From NCBI GenBank assembly GCA_038326325.1, contig JBBQJW010000013.1:15460-79459 (forward strand): a DNA stretch of 64,000 nt, in the 5' to 3' direction. The notes beneath the pieces are model-generated. The model saw only the letters and a list, made by a program, of their open reading frames with translations, made no database searches and was not told the DNA's origin. Positions 59,482-64,000 of this stretch are shown in pieces. The translations under genes and the position numbers were made by a program. Numbering within the stretch: the first letter of the stretch is position 1; the number at the start of each line of letters is the position of its first letter. The stretch comes from Chitinophagales bacterium (lineage in GTDB: Bacteria > Bacteroidota > Bacteroidia > Chitinophagales > UBA10324).

Positions 59482-59619
59482 CGGAACAAACACACACGGC
59501 AATGGTTTGTGCGGCCGCGATCGCCAACCTGTTGAGAATAGTAAAGCGCATTGTTGCTGAATGGTAACGATGCCGATGATGGAATTTCAATTTTTTTAAA
59601 CTTTTAAAATCAATTTTTT

Positions 59620-60255
59620 ATGCCTACAAAATCAAAAATTCCGGCCGTGGTGTTTACTGCATCAAAGTTTCGCAAGGTCGGCGACTTTATTCTGAACATG
59701 AAAACGATAGTGCTAAACATCGGCGCGGCGGTTGGTTACTTCCCTACTCCGAACCCGACACTTGCCTCTGTAACAACCAACATTGGCACCCTGGAAATTG
59801 CCGAAACAAAAGTTAAAACCCGTATTGTAGGTGCCGCCGCCGCCCGCGATTTGATTTACGATACCTGTTACAAAGATTTGCTTGCGCTGGTGGCATATGT
59901 GCAACTCATTGCCAACGCTTCTGCCGATGCCGCCACAGCTATTGCCATTATTGAATCGGCGGGGTTTAATGTGAAACTGAATGGTGTGCGTGTGAAAGCT
60001 CCCATCATTGCTACAAACAGTACCAGTGAGGGTGTTATTTTACTCTCGGCTAAGGCGGTAGGTAAAAAAACAGTGTACATGTGGCAGATGAGCGCCGATG
60101 GTGTTGCCTGGAGCGATTTGCCTATTACGCAGATTACTAAAACAGCAGTTAGTGATTTAACAGCGGGTCAGAAAAAATATTTCCGCGTGCGCACCATGAA
60201 CAAACCCAACGGCACCAGCGACTGGAGTGCAGCAGTGGCGATTTTTGTGGTGTAA
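59620..60255 (+). CDS. Hypothetical protein with C-terminal fibronectin-III-like domain
   Basis: 211 aa with an Ala-rich helical N-terminal half. The C-terminus VYMWQMSADGVAWSDLP...LTAGQKKYFRVRTMNKPNGTSDWSAAVAI is FN3-like. GC content is elevated. Confidence 0.5.
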   Translation: MPTKSKIPAVVFTASKFRKVGDFILNMKTIVLNIGAAVGYFPTPNPTLASVTTNIGTLEIAETKVKTRIVGAAAARDLIYDTCYKDLLALVAYVQLIANASADAATAIAIIESAGFNVKLNGVRVKAPIIATNSTSEGVILLSAKAVGKKTVYMWQMSADGVAWSDLPITQITKTAVSDLTAGQKKYFRVRTMNKPNGTSDWSAAVAIFVV

Positions 60256-60269
60256 CGGTGGGAGGAGTG

Positions 60270-60304
60270 AGCAGTTAGCAGCTAGCAGTTAGCAGCTAGC
60301 AGTT
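60270..60304. repeat. Heptanucleotide microsatellite (AGCAGYT)x5
   Basis: AGCAGTT AGCAGCT AGCAGTT AGCAGCT AGCAGTT, that is a 14-bp unit x2.5, lying 15 nt after the preceding stop codon. Confidence 0.9.
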
Positions 60305-60547
60305 AATCATATTCAGAAATCAGTTTGAATCTGTTACATCAGTGTCATCAGTGTTCTATTGTATTTCTGCGGAAAGCAAAAGCAACCTAGCAGCTTGTTA
60401 CTGACGATTTATGACTACGAACTTTTACCTAATGACTCAAAAAAACAAACTGGAAAGACAGGGCCAATGTTATTCAGGCGACGCTTTAATATAGATTCGG
60501 TAATTAATTGATAAAATTCTGAAATGATAAACGGGAGTTATATAGGA

Positions 60548-62962
60548 TTATCTTAACAGTGTTACATTTCCTTTTACTTCTCCGGTAGTAATTACACCAT
60601 CACTCTCTCCCGAATATTTCGAATAAAAAATATATACACCTATACCACAAGGCGCATCATCTTTCTTTCCATCCCAGTGATCATGAATATCATTAGTTAT
60701 AAAAATCAATTGCCCCCAGCGGTCGTAAATTTCAAGATGATAACTTGAGATATTAAATCCAATGCCAAAGAAGCCATCATTTATTCCATCTTCATTCGGC
60801 GAAAACCCATTTGGGAAATAAAGCAGCACAGGGCATTTCTCTTGCACTAAAAAAGAATCAGTTGCAGAACACCCGACAAAATTTGTAACAGTAAGCGAAT
60901 AAACTCCCGGCATGTTAACCATGATGGAAGAAAATACAGAGCTATCCTGCCACAGATAATGAGTAAAAGTTCCGGGGGCAATAATTTGAATAGGAGTACC
61001 GGGGCACATAAAAGTATCGGGCATCACAAGGTCTGGCGGATTAAAATAACCGAGAATGTTTCCTCCTGCCTGTGCCGTGCAGCCGAAAGCATCTGTAACA
61101 GTCACCGAATACAAGCCGGGTACTGTTACAGTTATAGTTTGAGTGGTACTGCCATCATTCCAAACAAAGGCAGTAGCACCTGTTCCTGCATCAAAGGTAT
61201 GCGAACCGCTTATGCAAATAGAAGTGTCATTTCCTAAATCAGGTTGTGGGGGAATATTCCAATAAATCATCATTGTGTCGGTTCCTGTGCAACCAAGATT
61301 ATTTGCAACTGTTACATTTACTAATCCTGAATCGTTGGTCGGAAAAGTTTGTGCGGTAGAACCATCGTTCCATAAATATCCAGCGTATCCGTTTCCGGCA
61401 TCTAAAAGCACAATTTCGTTTTGACAAACTGTTGTATCGTTTCCAAGAGAAAAAATAATAGGAGGAAGCAGTGAGAGTGTAACAGTGTCAATATCGGTGC
61501 AGCCACTACCGGTGGTCACTGTTACAGCAAAAACCCCAGTTTGCAAAGCATTGATGTTTTCAGTTGTGCTTCCGTCGTTCCATACATAGGAAGCATAACC
61601 CGCACCGGCATCGAGTACTAAAGTTTGTAACGGACACAGCGAAGTATCAGGTCCCAAATCAACAGGTACTAACAATTGCGCAAGCGGGAGATTAAATAAA
61701 ACCCCTCCGGCATTTCCTGCTGCTGCGCCAAAAGAAGTGTTGTAACAGCTACTTGCCGGATTCTGCACTAAGCCAGGTTGTCCCGCTGCTGCAGTGTAAT
61801 TTACAGATGCAGGAAGTGTGGCACCACTTATCCAAAGCAATCCACCACCGCCACCGCCACCTGGACCATGACACTGCCCGGTGAAAATATTATTATAGGT
61901 GTTTCCACCATCGCCACCATTGGTTGTGATATTAGTAGTACTTAAAAAATTCGGAACAGCCAAAATAATTGAACCTCCTGAGCCACCTCCTCCAGCCGAT
62001 TCATCATTGGCAACCAAAGTCTGGTTGGGTGCATCGGAGCGAATGAAAAAATTATTTCCATCAATTGCTGATGCCGTGATTAGCACAATTCCGCCTCCAT
62101 CTGTTCCGGGTGTTACACTTTGTGAGTTATCGCTGAAACCGCCGCCACCGCCGCCACCCATAAATATTTTTAGTCCGGTATTCGAAACAACAGAACCACC
62201 AATTCCCTGTATTCCTGTAGTGCCGCAACCGCTGTATTCATTACCACCGATTCCACCTGAACCAAAATTTCCGCCACCTCCGCCACCACAATTTCCGGGG
62301 TTGCCACCACCACCACCATTCGCAATTTTTCCCATACCGCCTTCCTGACCTCCAATATATTGCGCGATACTTTCTCCTTTAACTCCTCCTGAACCCAGCC
62401 CTAAAAAGAAATTTGTGTTGCTACATCCAAAACCACTCAGGCATGTTGCACCTCCTGTAAATCCATTTCCGCTTACATCTATATCTGCATTAAGTGTAAC
62501 AGTTCCACTCGCATCAAAAACAAGAACTCCCCCTGTTGTGCCGTTCCAATCCTGTGCAAGCAGAGTGGCTGTTACAGTTGGATTTGTAAATTGAGGAACA
62601 GTTATCAACTGGACTAAATCAGCGATGGTGTATTGGCGGCAAAGCGGAGATTGAATGGTAATCGTATTTCCGTTTATGGCTGTAACAATTGCGTATTCGT
62701 AATTGCCCGCGTTGTTGTAAGAAAGAATATCGCCATACGAAAGTGTGTTGGTTTGGTTAATCGCTGCACCCTTCATTTGAATGATGAGCACTTTTCCTGT
62801 AACTGAAAACCCAACGGATGATGTAACGGAAATATTAACTCCGGTAATGGCTGTTACACTTGTATAGGAATTTATTATTCCGCTGATGTTTTGCGAATAA
62901 GAAATAAAGGGTGACACAATAAGGATACTAAGCAGTAGTGTCTTTAATTTTTTTTTGTTCAT
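60548..62962 (-). CDS. Large Gly-rich adhesin-like protein with gliding-motility (type B T9SS) C-terminal domain
   Basis: Signal peptide, poly-Gly tracts and four repeats of about 70 aa (LG.DT..C......LDAG.G...Y.WNDGSTT....... G...VTV....GC...D). The CTD reads FPNGFSPNEDGINDGF...IYDRWGQLIF...WDGK...GVYIFY. Confidence 0.75.
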   Translation of the reverse strand: MNKKKLKTLLLSILIVSPFISYSQNISGIINSYTSVTAITGVNISVTSSVGFSVTGKVLIIQMKGAAINQTNTLSYGDILSYNNAGNYEYAIVTAINGNTITIQSPLCRQYTIADLVQLITVPQFTNPTVTATLLAQDWNGTTGGVLVFDASGTVTLNADIDVSGNGFTGGATCLSGFGCSNTNFFLGLGSGGVKGESIAQYIGGQEGGMGKIANGGGGGNPGNCGGGGGGNFGSGGIGGNEYSGCGTTGIQGIGGSVVSNTGLKIFMGGGGGGGFSDNSQSVTPGTDGGGIVLITASAIDGNNFFIRSDAPNQTLVANDESAGGGGSGGSIILAVPNFLSTTNITTNGGDGGNTYNNIFTGQCHGPGGGGGGGLLWISGATLPASVNYTAAAGQPGLVQNPASSCYNTSFGAAAGNAGGVLFNLPLAQLLVPVDLGPDTSLCPLQTLVLDAGAGYASYVWNDGSTTENINALQTGVFAVTVTTGSGCTDIDTVTLSLLPPIIFSLGNDTTVCQNEIVLLDAGNGYAGYLWNDGSTAQTFPTNDSGLVNVTVANNLGCTGTDTMMIYWNIPPQPDLGNDTSICISGSHTFDAGTGATAFVWNDGSTTQTITVTVPGLYSVTVTDAFGCTAQAGGNILGYFNPPDLVMPDTFMCPGTPIQIIAPGTFTHYLWQDSSVFSSIMVNMPGVYSLTVTNFVGCSATDSFLVQEKCPVLLYFPNGFSPNEDGINDGFFGIGFNISSYHLEIYDRWGQLIFITNDIHDHWDGKKDDAPCGIGVYIFYSKYSGESDGVITTGEVKGNVTLLR

Positions 62963-63165
62963 AACGGGAAGTTAATCGCAATGCTCAAAAATAACTTTTC
63001 ACCTGTGATTGCAATGATTATTAAAACGGGAATTATCAATAATCTTACTGTTTCGTTCCCTTCCATATTTCCGCTATTCACCGACTGCAATCTGTTTCAT
63101 ACCTAATTGTCCTTGCCGGAAGTTGCGCATACAAATAGGTTTGTCGCATCAAATAAAAAAATCAA

Positions 63166-63939
63166 ATGGAAACAATCAATCATCCCGACTTTGACTCGAA
63201 CAAAAACCGAATTCCCAATCGTCATAATCCTGCCGGGCGTGTGCTTGCAGGAATAGTCATTGTTGCGGCCGGTGGAGTATTGCTGGCGAAGCAGGCAGGA
63301 ATTTATTTTCCTGATTGGGTTTTTACCTGGCAGATGTTTTTAATTGTGCTTGGAATTTTTCTCGGATTCAGAAATTTGTTTCGGGGTAGTGGATGGCTCA
63401 TTCCAATCATTATCGGTAGCGTGATGATGGTTGATGAATTTTATCCTGATGTACAAATGAAACAATATCTATGGCCCATAGTTTTAATTTGTGTGGGACT
63501 GTTTATGGTTTTTCGGCCGCGCAATTATCGTCGCGAAAATTGGAAAAAAAGATGGAGACGCGATTACAGTGGATATAATTCAAAAGCTACTGCGTCTGAA
63601 GAATTTTTGGATGTCACCTGCGTGTTCAGTGGAATGAAAAGAAATGTAATGACTAAAGATTTTAAAGGGGGTGAAGTGAATTGTGTTTTCGGTGGAACAG
63701 AAATTAACCTGAGCAATGCGGATATAAAAGGACCGGTGAGATTAGAAATCAATCAGGTGTTTGGTGGTACGAGTTTAATTATTCCATCGAATTGGGAATT
63801 GAGATCAGAGATAAATGCAATTCTTGGAGGAGTTGAAGACAAAAGATCTGTATCACCTTCCATAAAAACTGATCCTGAAAAAATTTTGATTCTCGAAGGC
63901 AATTGTGTTTTCGGCGGCATTGATATTAAAAGTTATTAA
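63166..63939 (+). CDS. LiaF-like (cell-wall-active antibiotic response) membrane protein
   Basis: 4 TM helices followed by repeated VFGG blocks (CVFSGMKRNV, VNCVFGGTEINL, INQVFGGTSLIIP, ILGGVEDKR, NCVFGGIDI). Confidence 0.6.
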   Translation: METINHPDFDSNKNRIPNRHNPAGRVLAGIVIVAAGGVLLAKQAGIYFPDWVFTWQMFLIVLGIFLGFRNLFRGSGWLIPIIIGSVMMVDEFYPDVQMKQYLWPIVLICVGLFMVFRPRNYRRENWKKRWRRDYSGYNSKATASEEFLDVTCVFSGMKRNVMTKDFKGGEVNCVFGGTEINLSNADIKGPVRLEINQVFGGTSLIIPSNWELRSEINAILGGVEDKRSVSPSIKTDPEKILILEGNCVFGGIDIKSY

Positions 63940-64000
63940 TCGCATTAATAAAACCCTGTTAGTATGAAATGGTTTTTAGCTAAAATAATTTTCAGAATAA

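Noticed and set aside
59104-59535. 143-aa ORF with repeated SPVTLY-like peptides
   Set aside because: Its composition (Cys/His/Trp-rich, no plausible fold or start context) argues against coding. The repeats are explained by phased DNA sites spaced at multiples of 21 bp. It is treated as a non-coding regulatory array, which proteomics or homology could overturn.
61899-62348. Pro-rich 149-aa ORF, and similar antisense ORFs (for example 1794..2072, 49753..50151, 39705..40100)
   Set aside because: These are antisense shadows of the Gly-rich or otherwise well-supported genes on the opposite strand (GGN codons read as NCC = Pro).

Overview
This 64-kb chromosomal window comes from a low-GC (about 35-38% by eye) Bacteroidota-type genome. 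The evidence for that is many T9SS C-terminal sorting domains, a PorQ-like gene, a long YidC, TAnnTTTG-like -7 boxes and no Shine-Dalgarno sites. All functional calls rest on motifs I recognise in the supplied translations; no searches were run.

Positions 1-46.8 kb are mostly housekeeping and envelope genes. They include yajQ, an LLM oxidoreductase, etfBA, a bifunctional nuclease, arfB, an enoyl-CoA hydratase, comEC, yidC, pyrG, porQ, glmM, several T9SS cargo proteins, a metal-type TolC/MFP/RND efflux cluster, sppA, folK and a deoxynucleoside kinase.

Positions 46.8-60.5 kb are a repeat-ridden accessory island. It holds a Type I R-M system (hsdM-hsdS-[RAYT+REP insertion]-hsdR plus a four-helix-bundle gene). 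It also holds several orphan ORFs, a GC-rich methyltransferase, a LuxR-type regulator and a phased, iteron-like site array.

The strongest signal is not a gene. The quasi-palindromic word TGTWACA (extended consensus AASTGTWACASTT) occurs about 120 times by hand count, roughly 10-fold over compositional expectation. It is found in genes (all three frames, both strands), spacers, terminator hairpins and stop codons. This resembles DNA uptake sequences or the cyanobacterial HIP1 palindrome. I know of no such element described for this phylum.

No rRNA, tRNA or CRISPR array was found.
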